A stretch of 63,700 nt of DNA, counting the filler, from Octopus bimaculoides (Eukaryota): the NCBI RefSeq assembly GCF_001194135.2. It is 5 parts of 5 records of this genome, joined end to end, with 100 filler letters (N's around TTAATTAATTAA, not from the genome) between each part and the next. Parts side by side here need not be neighbours in the genome. Positions count along the whole stretch, not along the records: positions 1 to 13,897 come from NC_068986.1; 4 more parts are not named here. One strand, given 5' to 3'. Shown in pieces: positions 1 to 13,897 of the stretch (its first letter is position 1; each line of letters starts with the position of its first letter). A program made the position numbers and the translations under genes. The notes under the pieces were generated by a model, which saw only the letters and a list, made by a program, of their open reading frames with translations, searched no databases and was not told where the DNA came from.

Positions 1-1291
<1,291 letters not shown>

Positions 1292-2479
1292 TTAATATAT
1301 ATAAAACTTTAAGGCTATTTTTTAATATTTGACTGTATTCATGATTATTCCTAAACTGATTAATTGGTTATCGGCAAAAAAAAAAAAAAAGAAAAAGAGG
1401 AAGACAAGTTTTCTTTTTTCAATATAATTTCTGATTTCAAGTGCGCAGTATAAATCTCTGAAATTACAAAGCTAAATATTCAATATGGAATTTAAGTATA
1501 TCTTATTGAAAGTGGGAAATTATTATATAAATTACCTAATAATTGAATACTCATATATATGAATTATATCATCTTATCCTCTTATATTTTATGTAAGTTG
1601 GGGGAAAAGCATTATGTTATAATGTGAGAATATTAAGGCTTTTAAAACCGTTTAAGGGCATCTTTTATTTATTTGTAAAGTCTATTTTTGTTTATAATCC
1701 ATTTAACTCGATTATGTCTTATTCTAAGAGATTATTTCTCGTTTCTTATATGAACGGCACTTTACGCTATCTGAAATTTTTACATTTCTAAAAACATCAA
1801 ATTAAATGCAAAGAAATGACATATTCTTAACTTAGAAAACACTGGAAATATCTATTCTTATGTGCATATGTGAAAGAGAACTACAAGAATTTAAGTATCC
1901 CTATATCGCTAAGTAGTGCTTAAAATGTGTTTCTGTGTATTACAGTTGCATTATTCAAACAGCCTTCGAGACATCCTTTCCCGTCCAGATTGCACGATCC
2001 GATTAAGCCAGCGTTCCTTTTTCTATTAAAGAAACACTTAGTTATTGAAAGTGTAAAACAAGAAAGGTTTTATTTGTGAATCTGTGCGGATTGTATGTTT
2101 ATATAAGTGAATCTGTATAAGCTAGTGCGTATTTATAAAAGTGAGGCTGAGCAAGTGAGGTGCATACGTGTCATGATTCAGGAAATACGGGCATTCATTT
2201 TGAAAACATAAGGCAATGGATTTACAGAATATATGGAACATCGGATAAAATACTTGTGTTTTTCCTTCTGGCTCAAGATGCTTTAAGTTCACTTCCCAAG
2301 ATGGTCTGTTTTGCTTTTCTTCTCGTTAAGGTCAGGTACTGCGGTTGCCTTTTCTTCTCAAATCCGCTGGCATTGTGCCGAAATTAGAAATAATTATAAA
2401 ACGAGTGGAAAAGAGGGAAAAACCCCTCAAGAACAAAAAGAATTGTCTGCTCAGAAAAGTTAGCGTTAGTCAAAAGAAC

Positions 2480-2496
2480 GTGAGTCATTGACTCAC
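2480..2496. promoter_or_regulatory. Perfect palindrome holding two inverted AP-1 (TGASTCA) sites
   Basis: GTGAGTCA-T-TGACTCAC; function untested. Confidence 0.3.
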
Positions 2497-3194
2497 TTCT
2501 CATTTCCTCTATTCAATGAAACAGTGCATGGCTGTAGCGTAGTATGTTAGAAACTTTCACTCGAACATGAAACATTTACTTTAACAGGACGTGGATATCA
2601 TAAGATAATCGCATTGAAGCATTCGACAGATTGAACCTACTCCTTTAGCAGTTTGTATGAAATCATTACTATATTTTTCATGTTTTGTTGCCACCTTGAT
2701 CCAAAAGATGACCAATGGTGCACTAAATTTGACTAGCTTTTCTTTTATTCAGACATAATGCATCTAGGAGTACACTATCCAGTGTATCCCTTTTTTTAAC
2801 ACTCGAGAGTCTCATGTGGGTCGATAGAGTGTAATTTCAGAGAGATTTGGTTGCAATTTCTAGCAGATCAAGAGACCATGCAGTGATATCCTCATTAGCT
2901 TGTCAGGACTTACTCTTATAAGGATCAAAGTTTTATGATTTTTACTTCTATTTCGAAATGTAGTGTTAAATATTAAACGTCTAGGAAACTGAAAAGACTA
3001 ATATTAAAGAGAAAAGGACAATTGCATCAATAACACTACCAGAAAAACAAATTCACATAATATATATTCCGCCCCACCAGCCTACCAGCAAGAAATCATT
3101 TATTTTTCTCCAGTATGTCGACAACATGTGTATTTATATTATTACTCCCTGGGAACGAACAGACTTATGACATAAGAGAATGGCGCGGTCTTAC

Positions 3195-3435
3195 CTGATT
3201 GGTTTTATTGAAGAAATTGATTAGATATTGATTTATATTCTTGCTTTGTCTGTATGACAAATAAGCATTCGACCTCTGGTTCGTGAAAATAACCATATAA
3301 AGAGAAATAATCGCTAGAGCAATGATTAAAGATATAGTGAGATAGTAATGATAACAGAACTTATGTAAACAAGGATAACACGAGCCCGCACGGAGAAGTA
3401 ATCCGCCAAGGAAAACATCGATGCAGTCGCTTCAC
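3195..3435 (-). other. Candidate exon (241 nt)
   Basis: Minus-strand acceptor tatttcttgcAG|GTG and donor CAG|GTAAGA; in-frame stop at 3328-3326 in the frame compatible with the 6728-6990 exon. Confidence 0.3.
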
Positions 3436-3495
3436 CTGCAAGAAATAGCAACTAAATGTTGCTTGAAACTAAGGAACTACTACATTATACATAAT

Positions 3496-3672
3496 GGTTT
3501 CAAATTTTAGCACCAGGCAAACAATATTTAGAGGAAGGAGCTTGTCGATTACATCGCCCGCATTGTTCCCGAAAGAGACGAAAAGCAAAGTCGGCCTCGG
3601 AGGCATTTGAACATGAAGCCGGAAAAAATGCCACTGAGCATTTTGTCTGGCGTGCTAACGATTCTGCCACTT
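3496..3672 (-). mobile_element. tRNA-derived SINE, family A (degenerate)
   Basis: Carries cgtgctaacgattctgcc and gcaaagtcggcctcgg, reverse complement of the family A head and body. Confidence 0.75.
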
Positions 3673-3924
3673 CATTGACATTACAGTATACAAAATCTAT
3701 TCTGTTATAACATCGATTGTGTTCCTTCATTAGGAAGAAAATATTTGTGATAGTTCATCGTCGTGAAAAGAAAATTATAAGGAAATTAATTTAAATTCAT
3801 TGCTTTTGGTAGCCGAGAATGAAAAGAGATCTGTGTAGACGGACGTATGTGTGATTGCTTAGTGAAAAAGTTGGATTTGAATCCGTAAAGTGTTTTTTTT
3901 GCATCAAACCTTGGCAAATGTTTT

Positions 3925-5516
3925 TCATCATCCACAAGTCAGATATACTGAACGAGGGCGTGCAGAACGGTTTTGTCACTCTGCGCGCACCTCGGACAAG
4001 CCCGTCTGACAGCACATACGTACCTGTAGAGTTTATCTCGAACCAGTAGCGCCTCCTGGCAGCACTGCCAGGCCAAGGACATCTGGAAATTATCCATGAT
4101 AGTTCCTGACTGGAAAGTCCTTCGGAACAGACTAGCCAGTTCGTTGTTGTCGACGTCCAGAGTCTCCCTGAGAACGTCGTCGCACTTCCCCGCCACTAAT
4201 CCTCTATAAATTTCTAAAGCAGAACATCCACTAATCCCTTCGCCCGACTGGTAGAGGGCTGTGAGCGCCTGATGACATTCTAAGTGCCAGGCGCTCAGTA
4301 TCGGTCTTTTCTTCACACAGGACTGCAGCTCCGTCGAGGAGACGAGCTGCGGAAAGACGAGCCTCAAAAACGGAGCCCACATACGCTCACCGCCCAGAAA
4401 TCGTTGCAGGTGGCGTAACCTTAGTGCGTATCTGCGCATCAGTAGCCACAGCAAACCTAATCTGCGTCTCAGAGGATGCTGGCAACAGACTGACTGCCTG
4501 AACATTGAAACACATCCCTTCCACAAGAATTTTAATAAGAGACGCTCCAGCCTGGTCAGTAACCGAAACAAGTCACGACGGTCAGGCGATAAATGATAAC
4601 AGAGGCGATGTAAACATTCACCACCTCTGCCCGACTTTTCAGAGACAATTTCCTCTCAGTCCATTTCTACGTAAGACTGACCACCCTGTTCGCCACCTCG
4701 TCCCAGTTCTTATCAGCCTGGAGGTCGAGACCAAACTAGACCCTGAGCAGTTTTACTGGTTCATCGGTCCAGCATCCGACAACGCCGTCCGTTGGCATCG
4801 TCCTGCCTCTCCAGGAGCCCAACTGCAAACCCACCGATTTGTTGGTGTTGATTTTAGCTCCTGAACAGGTGCTGCTGTGCATTGCAGCGATCCAGCTTCT
4901 CAAAACGGTTCCGAAACCGTCTGCTTTCAGGACGGCTTCCCAGTAGCGATGGTCGAACCTATTGAATGCTTCTAATTGATCCAAATTGTTTAGAGCACCC
5001 TCGAAGTCAACTTTGGTCCCAGCCCTCTCTATGGTGTATCGCATAAAGTGGAGGTTGTCGTGGATAGACCTGCTCGGAATTGCGTACGTTTGCGTTTCTC
5101 CGACTAGGCTACCGACGACAAGCACCAGCCTTTTCCCTAACACCTTGGCCAAAATATTAAACTCTGTATTTAGCAGTCTCTAGTATGTCCCTATTGTCAG
5201 CATCCTTCTTCAGCAGTGTCACTGCACCTCTGCTAACAACACTAAGAATTCTCCCGCTCTGTTTCCACTTGCGGTAGATGTCTGCCACGAGGTTGCCAAA
5301 CAAATTTGGCATAAATCCATTGAATTCATAGGACAGACCATCCAAACCGAGCAATCTGCGACTTGTGCAATTGCTCATCGCCTCCCAAATTTCAGCTGCT
5401 GTTATCGGCCTTTCACATAACCTCGCGTCAGCTGTCAGGTGCCGCGGCAAGCTGTCCAGGTACGAACTACAGTTCAATACCGTCGTCGACCCCTCACCCT
5501 CTTCAAACAGCTGCAC
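3925..5516 (-). mobile_element. L1/Tx1-clade LINE ORF2 fragment (RT N-terminal part plus C-terminal CCHC), internally deleted
   Basis: LGLDGLSYEF, RGAVTLLKK, LLNTEFNILAKVLGKRL, QTYAIPSRSIHDNLH, NLDQLEAFNRFDH, GAKINTNKSVGLQLGSW, CPRCAQSDKTVLHALVQ; frameshifts and stops. Confidence 0.88.
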
Positions 5517-5564
5517 TTAAGTAGTTCACTAATCCGGCCCCTGTAGTCTTTGCGTGCCGGAAAT

Positions 5565-6220
5565 GGAACGGAATCAAATATTCAGTGATGAGGGAAAGGA
5601 TCAGGAGAGAATGTTATCGCAGGGTGAGAGCAATACTTAAGACAGGGCTGAATGCAAGAAACAAGATCGAAGCGATCAATGCTTTATCCATATCAGTCGT
5701 GACGTACAGTTTCAATATCATTAACTGGTCTATTACTGAAATATGTAATCTTGACAGAAAAATACGAAAACTGTTGACAATGCATAGAATGCATTGAACC
5801 CTAAGGCAGATATAGAATGCATAGAATGCATAGAACCCTAAGGCAGATATAGAATGACTTCACCTGCCAAGAAAAGAGGGAGGCCGTGGACTTTTACAAC
5901 TGGCATTAACAATGAAGATTGCCACAATTGGCATAGAGACCTACCTGAAAAACTCTGAGGACTGGATGTTAAAACTTGTCTCAAAACATGAAAAAAAGAA
6001 AGCATCATACTCAGTAACAAAACAGGCAAAGGAATATCTAAGTGAATTCCAAATACAACAAATTCTGGAATTAGACATATGAGAAACGAGCGCAGAAAAA
6101 GCTAAGCGCATGAAAACCCGTGCTAAAACTGCTGCCTTAGATATTCTGACTGATAAATGGCAAGAAAAACCTCTGAATGGCAAATACACAAAGAGGGCGA
6201 ATAATGCCAATGCTGACAAT
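5565..6220 (+). mobile_element. R4/Dong-clade LINE fragment (post-RT region)
   Basis: RECYRRVRAILKTGLNARNKIEAIN...LDRKIRKLLTMHRMH-PKAD..LHLPRKEGGRGL...KWQEKPLNGKY; 37-bp tandem duplication at 5780-5853. Confidence 0.85.
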
Positions 6221-6727
6221 GTTACTTCGGAAGGTGCTCGAAAGATAAGAGGTGTTACCTTAGTTCACTGGTAGTGAACAGCTGACACTGTAGTACATTT
6301 ACCAGCGTTAGAAGCTGTGCAAAGGCAACAGCAGCAACAACAATAATAATAATGTATTTATATGTGATAGCTTCAAATATTCAAATCGACACGTGTGTGT
6401 ATGTGTGTGTGATAGGAAATAGCATGTTTGTGTATGCATGTATGTGTGATAGGAAATAGTACATTGGTGTATGCGCGTGTATGTTTTTAATGCATGCATG
6501 TTTCTGCTGTTTATGCATGTATAGGAATCAATGTTGAGTGTAGGATTGTAAAGTGAAGAAAAAGTATTGGAAATAAAGGAATAAGTAAAGAAAAAATCAC
6601 CGAAGAAACCAACCAGAGATTTCATTCCGTTCGTGCTTTCAGAACAGCAGATCCGTTTGAAGAAGGGACTTCCTGTGAATGATGAAAAGTGGAACGGCTA
6701 TTGATTGGGAGATGGCTGCAGACTTAC

Positions 6728-6990
6728 CAGGGTGCCAAGAATTCTTCCCCATTCTAGTTACGAAGAAACCAGACATCATTATAAGGTGTAAAAGAACAAT
6801 AGCCAGAAAAATATTGAGCGAAAGCTGGTAACCAACTGATCTAGCAATCGGGGCCTCATTTCTGTGAGGGGCGCCGGTGCGCAATGATGCCGTCGAAAGG
6901 AAGGCTCCGAAACAGCGCACATTCTCTCCTGATGATCCCGTAAGCTTAATAGCATCTGGTATGCAGAGCTTTTGGATGGTCATTTTTTTC
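6728..6990 (-). CDS. Candidate coding exon (263 nt, 87 open codons, hydrophobic segment), unknown product
   Basis: Acceptor gtgtttatttggcAG|, donor CTG|GTAAGT, one frame open across the exon, ATG in A-rich context at 6983; no family recognised. Confidence 0.3.
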
Positions 6991-7140
6991 CTGCCAAATA
7001 AACACACACACTATATATTCGTTCTTCCCTCGTTTAAGACAAAATAAGAACAATAATAAACGAGTGAAGAACAAATATATAGTGTGTGTGTTTATCTTGC
7101 AAGAAAAATACGACCATCCCGAAATATAACAATATATATA

Positions 7141-7866
7141 TACTCTTTACTCTTTTTACTCTTTTACTTGTTTCAGTCATTTGACTGTGGCCATGCTGGA
7201 GCACCGCCTTTAGTCGAGCAAATCGACCTCAGGACTTATTCTTCGGAAGCCTAGTACTTATTATATCGGTCTCTTTTGCCGAACCGCTAAGTTACGGGGA
7301 CGTAAACACACCAGCATCGGTTGTCAAGCGATGTTGGGGGGGGGACAAACACAGACACACAAACATATACACACACATACATACATATATATATATATAT
7401 ATACATATATACGACGGGTTTCTTTCAGTTTCCGTCTACCAAATCCACTCACAAGGCTTTGGTCGGCCCGAGGCTATAATAGAAGACACTTGCCCAAGGT
7501 GCNNNNNNNNNNTCGACCTCAGGACTTATTCTTCGGAAGCCTAGTACTTATTATATCGGTCTCTTTTGCCGAACCGCTAAGTTACGGGGACGTAAACACA
7601 CCAGCATCGGTTGTCAAGCGATGTTGGGGGGGGGACAAACACAGACACACAAACATATACACACACATACATACATATATATATATATATATACATATAT
7701 ACGACGGGTTTCTTTCAGTTTCCGTCTACCAAATCCACTCACAAGGCTTTGGTCGGCCCGAGGCTATAATAGAAGACACTTGCCCAAGGTGCCACGCAGT
7801 GGGACTGAACCCGGAACCATGTGGTTGGTAAGCAAGCTACTTACCACACAGCCACTCCTACGCCTA
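7141..7866 (-). mobile_element. SINE family C (tRNA-like head, CORE-like ggcaccttgggcaagtg motif, internal microsatellite, (AAAGAGT)-type tail), with artefactual 280-bp duplication
   Basis: Head gtaggagtggctgtgtggtaag and tail cagtcaaatgactgaaacaagtaaaagag on the minus strand; 7223-7502 repeated at 7513-7792 across 10 N. Confidence 0.9.
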
Positions 7867-8589
7867 TATACATATATATATATACTTACCTCCACGCATA
7901 TTTATCTCTGTGTATATATGTGTGCGTGTGGGGATTTAAGGATGTGCGTTTACATCTGTATGTAAATATACATGGAAGCAAGCATACTTTCCTCTGAAAC
8001 TTGCGCTATTTGTAGTCTCTGGGCATCTTGTCTTTCTTTGCTTTATGCTCGTTTAATATCTTCAAATATTTAGATTGACATTGTGTGTGTATGTATGTAT
8101 GTGTGTGTGTGTGTGCGTGTGTGCGTGCGAGCGCATGTGTGTGTGATAGGAAATAGCATGTGTGTCTATCTGTGTATGCGTGTGTATCTTTCTAATCCAT
8201 GCATGTTTCTACTGTATATGCATGTATAGGAATGAATGCTGAGTATAGGATTGTAAAGTTAAGAAAAAGTATAGGAAATAAAACAAATAAGAGAAATAAA
8301 GTAGAAAATAAACTGGAAAAAGGAAATACATTAAGAATATAAACAATACGAAATGAAAAGTGTGTGTGTAAGTATGTGTGCATATATATATGTGTGTGTG
8401 TGTTTGTGAAAATACATATGTGTCTGTATGTGTGTTTGTGCGTGTGTGTGTGTGTTGTTTAAAATCATTTGTGAAGAAATGGGACGAACAAAAGAAGAAA
8501 ATAATTACATGTTGGGGAGTGATACTGCGAATCACGAAATAAAATGTTAAAATGAAAAAAATCCAGTTTTTTTCTTATTACAATGACAG

Positions 8590-10800
8590 TTGCCACACCT
8601 CTCACGTTTTATCAAACATCATATACAAACAGGTCAAAAAATGTGCGTTCAAGAGATGAAAGAGCATCACAGAAAATATACTGTTTCCAAGACAATGTTA
8701 ATTTTTTTTTTTTGTTATGCAAACAGCAGAAATAGCTTCCTGAAGCTATTCTTATGTTGCAATAAGCCAGCAATTGCGTTTCTAAGTGGTCATTTAATCT
8801 ATTTGAAATAGCAGATAAATCTATCTCAAATTTCAGGCATCAGACTTAATATAAGGCTGTTACATTAGATAATACAATCTGGAAGATCCATCATATGAAA
8901 CCAGTCAGTACGCTGTGTTAAGGCCCCGAATATCATCTTCACACATCCGAGAGTAAATATATTGTTACTGTTGTTGTTCTTCACTGAGAGCTGTTACGGT
9001 TGATAGAAAACCGTTTAAAAGATATTTTTTCAAGGGTTATTGGTTAGAAAAAAATATTCTTCATTTGCTTAATTTATTTTAGCTAGAGAGAAGTTTGGAA
9101 TGTCTCAGCGTCCTCATTATTCTGGGCAAAAAAGGTTTAACCTGAGACATTTTTGTTGTATACACACATTTCCAAAGCATACATTTTCATATCGCTTATT
9201 AGTGGCTCAGTATAGCTACTTCTAACGTAATGAACAAGATGCTAGTCACTATGGCAGTAGCAGTGTACCCGGCATTTGAGTTTTGAAATTTTGTAAACAC
9301 AAGCAAACTAAAAAAAAAAAGATAAGCAGTAAATTTATGGACAATTAATCAAAAGGACATGGTTATAATTCCATTTTGAAATGCGATAAGACAAAATTAA
9401 ACACCAGTAACAAATAGACCAGGAACAACTGCTTATTCATTGCCAAGGTCACAAAGATTTCCTCTCAGGAAGCCAGTACAATGGAAAGAAGACATGGAGG
9501 AGTATACCACAAAAAAATGTGCTTCTTTCCTCGAAATTTAAAACAGTAGTTGTTACACTTGGGTATGGTAATCTTTTGCCAATTAAACATGCGCACTATT
9601 TATTTGATCTTCACATTAGTTTTATTAATATTATCATTTTCTGTTTTTAGTTTACATCACCATCCCAAAGTATAACAAAATCTAGTCCAGCTCACGTTTT
9701 GAAATCAAGAATCTCGCCAAAGAAATACATAAACGTGAAGCAATGACATTTAAGAGAAATAGAAAAAAGGTATCTATATACCTACCCCAAATTGGAGCAG
9801 GGGAAAGCTTTTCCTAGCGTGTGCAGAGTACATACTTTATCAACCCGGGCAGGACATATCAGCAAGTCTATGCCTGGTTTTTAAGAGCAAAGATCAGACA
9901 ACAAAGAACAAAACTAGAATTTATACAATCCCCCACATGCCCAAAGACCGATTGGTATAGTACATGATGTTAAGTAATATGAAAATCATATTGACTCAGA
10001 TGTTGAGCTCGGGATCGTTGCTATCATGGCGCAACAGTTCAATTAAGTAGTGGGTGAAGGGGAACCTGCAATGATATGCGGTCAGTTGATATCTGCTTGG
10101 AAATTCAGACCCTCATGATACCTCATGGGACCGATTCAGGGACCAGTGAAGAGGTCAGTAAGATTATCATAGCGCGAATTACAATGCTCAGTTGCCACAT
10201 GTATAGTAAAGGTCAGCTGAAGGTTTTCTGCTCAAGAGAAGAAAGAAAACAGTCAGACGTTTTAACAGTATTTTTGTCTCATTGCCGTGGTATAATGTAA
10301 ATAAAACATTTTGAAAGATGGTGAATCATTGAGGGCACTAAAAGAGACAGAAGGTCGATAGAAAAAATACACAAACAATAAAATGAGCCTTATCTGGAAA
10401 CAAGTCAACTTATGAAAGTCTACGCTTTTCAATTGTATAAATTGATAGCGAGAAACTGATGCAGATGCTGAATGACTTATAGGAGAGCAAACGGAAAGTA
10501 ATGTTCATTACACAGAGCATAGTCGACGATTATATTGAACTGCAAAATGATAGAATATGGGTGACAAGGATATAAAAACTTACATGGTAATGATAAAAGT
10601 TCCACACATTCAGGAAATGTTTTGCTAAAATCGAAGATAACATATAAGTTTGGATAATTCAATTTGCTGAAATCGTTTAGAACTAAAGAACTTGTGACAT
10701 ATATTATATATTACAATAGTTTACTAGCATGTACTGGAGAGTTTAAGAATACAAGAATATTACATAGAAATATAGTGATTAGCAATTTTTATAAAGATGT
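8590..10800 (+). pseudogene. Possible very old L1/Tx1-like ORF2 remnant (APE plus RT)
   Basis: Colinear degenerate motifs read by eye: CVQEMK, CVKAPN, NPGRTYQQVY, RIYTIPHMPKD, MKIILTQML, VVGEGEPAMICGQLIS, QSIVDD; many stops and frameshifts. Confidence 0.3.
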
Positions 10801-11055
10801 TTGGCAACGCTGGATGAGAAACAGTATGTAACAACTGACGTTGTAAAGTTCATCCCGGTATATTTTAGTTCTCTTTGTGTTGTATTATTCTCATTTCAAA
10901 ATTTAATAAAGCGGATAAAAAGAGCGTGTTGTGCTCAAAGTGAACTTTAGTACAATCTCTAGATCATGTATGCATGTATGTGTGCATGAATGTATTATAA
11001 TTGGATGTATGCATGAATGCATGTATATATGCATTTATGTATGTATATGTATAAA

Positions 11056-11171
<116 letters not shown>

Positions 11172-13138
11172 CGTGTGTAACTTGTGAGTCGGCATCAGAT
11201 ACAAAGCTCGATCATAAGAAATTTTCTTACATGCTATATATTTCTAAGATATATTTTGTAAAATTCTATAGCCATTATTTCTTTTTAGACAATCTTTAAC
11301 TAATGTTCAGACTGTACATTTATGTCTTACTAAAATCGTATATGCTTAGGCTGAAATTTATCTTTGCAAAAGGTCGCCTCTTTTGCTGTGAATGGTATAA
11401 CAGCAATTAACATACATTGTGAATTGTATTACTGTGTATGATATAATTGCAATTACCATACATTGCTAATGGTAATTTACTTTGCATTTCATGTTCTGGT
11501 AATAACATAAATGATATAGGAGCACGGGTGTAATTCAAATTTAGAAAAAAGCTAGACTTTGACTACATTCGGATCAGTACTGATCCAACTCTAAAAACTA
11601 TCAACAAGGAGAACGATATTAGGAACAGTAGTCCTAGCCATGCTATACCTGAATCAAAGGCAGAATGGTGACGTGCAGAACATATCTGATCAAAATTTTC
11701 TTGACCAGAAAATGGATATAAACAGCCAGCATCAGCACGAACCCCGGACCCAGTAGCAATAACTGCTGCAGCAGCAACAGCAGCAGCATCGACAGCAGCA
11801 GCACCACTACCTCTACCATCACAAACATAGCTTCCCCCCCCACCACCGATGCTGCCACCACCGCTATCCCTCACCACAGCAATAGCAAAAACAGGAACAA
11901 AATAAGGAAATATCAATGAGTACAGATTAAAGAAAGGTTTCGCATGTTTTATATAGATGAAATATTTCTTGAATTTATTTAAACTATTCCATTTTCAGAT
12001 GAATAACAGCTTTTCTTCTTCTTATTCCTCGTATTCTCTTTTATTCTCTTCATTTCGCTTTGACGTTTAACAGTAAAGAGCATTATATAAGCATGTGTGT
12101 GTGTATTCATATATGTATGTAATGTAATGCATGCATGTGTGGTATGTGGTATATATATAAATATGTATGTTTGTATGTGTGTATGGCAACTTGCTGCTAA
12201 CACGTGTATTACTTCGTCCTGAAAATCTCTAAGAAAACTGGAAATAGATCGAAGTAGCCAAAAATTGAATCGATTCTGAGTGAAATACTGTATATTATGA
12301 AATTAATATTATTACACAGGAAGAATACCTATAAAAAAATATAAGGTTTAAGTATATTAAAATTTTCGATAATATCACGCGTTTGCTGAAAATTCGAAGA
12401 ATTTCCAAACAAAATAGTAAACATCCATTTACGTGGTAACATTTACTTTCTTGGAATATTAACAGGAACAAATGTGCGTATGCAATTTTTGTTTAAATAC
12501 TGAAAGTTATCTAAAGGTTAAATCTTCAAGTAAGCTTCATTTGAGTACGCATTATGTTGTATCATTGACATAATTTGATGTCTTTTGTTGCAAACAAATA
12601 GACTGCAAATAATTTTCAAGCACTTTCAGACGCAGCATAGTAATTATGACACGTTTTCTGTTAACCACACAGACCAAATTTGTGCGAGTGAGGAGAGCCA
12701 ACGAAGAATTGATGGCCCTCATAGCACACGGTGTGTATATTGACACAAGTGAGGATAATGTTCAGCCTCAGTACTTTTAAATCGCCAGAAATTTTAATGT
12801 TAGTGCGCTTGCCACTTTGTGACATGCAAAAACGTCAGGGACGTTAACGTCTTTTTCAACTTCAACAACTTCGACTTGAGAAGGAAGTGAGGGCGGAGAG
12901 GGAAGTGAACCCTACCAGTATTTTTGATGACAGGTAGGTGAGTGTGGTGAGAATGGAACGTCGGGTCAAATTCTTAGCGGCATTTCTTCCGGATTTATGT
13001 TCTGAGTTCAAATCCTGGTGAAGTCAACTTTACCTTTTATCCTTTCGGGATCACTGAAAAAGTAAGTTGAGTACAGGGATGTAATTGACCAGACTCTCAC
13101 CTCTCACAAAATTTCAGGCCTTGTACATATGGTAGAGA

Positions 13139-13252
13139 TTCTTCTTCTTCTTCTTCTTCTTCTTCTTCTTCTTCTTCTTCTTCTTCTTCTTCTTCTTCTT
13201 CTTCTTCTTCTTCTTCTTCTTCTTCTTCTTCTTCTTCTTCTTCTTCTTCTTC
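13139..13252. repeat. (TTC)38 microsatellite forming the tail of the adjacent Dong-like 3' end
   Basis: Direct; gives the poly-E ORF. Confidence 0.97.
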
Positions 13253-13690
13253 AGTAGTCTTACTTTCATCACGTGCTTTCACTACACTACCGAGCGCAGC
13301 TCTCTGTGCCTTAGGTATGTGCTGTCGTCTGTTTTTTCACTCTTATTTTCACTGTATTGAAAGTGTTTAGGTAGGATTTGTGCAGTGCATAGCAGTGCTA
13401 TTTTGTCTATGTCATATATACTCGTAAATCCTGATGTTTTTGCTATGTATTTGTCAGAATATTTTTTCTCCATACCTAATGCGCCTACTATAAAAAGAAT
13501 TGTTTTTGTTCTTAGTCTCTGCATTCGAGTTACCTCTATTTCCAGATCATTGTATTTTGAATGTTTCTCCGTTGTTAGGTACTATGACTTCTTTTTTTGT
13601 ATTTGTCAGCTTCCTCAAAGACAGAAAACAGTTCTTTGTTTTCTTAGTGAATTGTGGTTATTTGTATTAGTTTTTTTTTGCTTCTGAAGT
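13253..13690 (-). mobile_element. R4/Dong-clade LINE 3' end (endonuclease C-terminus and 3' UTR)
   Basis: KYNDLEIEVTRMQRLRTKTILFIVGALGM.KKYSDKYI.KT.G..SIYDIDKIALLCTAQIL. Confidence 0.85.
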
Positions 13691-13705
13691 AGGTATTTCT
13701 GTAAT

Positions 13706-13897
13706 ACTCTTTTACTCTTTTACTCTTTTACTCTTTTACTTGTTTCAGTCATTAAACTGTGGCCATGCTGGAGCACCGCCTTTAGTCGAGCAAATCAACC
13801 CCAGGACTTATTCTTTGTAAGCCTAGTACTTATTCTATCGGTCTGGGGATGTAAACACACCCGCATCGGTTGTCAAGCGATGTTGGGGGACAAATAC
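13706..13897 (-). mobile_element. SINE family C, 3' part
   Basis: ttttactc repeats followed by cttgtttcagtcattaaactgtggccatgctggagcaccgcc. Confidence 0.9.

Noticed and set aside
6643-6704. Plus-strand terminal exon QQIRLKKGLPVNDEKWNGY* after a good acceptor
   Set aside because: No upstream partner exon found, no homology recognised, and it competes with the minus-strand model nearby
11563-11916. Gly/Ala-rich ORF with a hydrophobic tail
   Set aside because: Built largely from CAG/CCA low-complexity repeats
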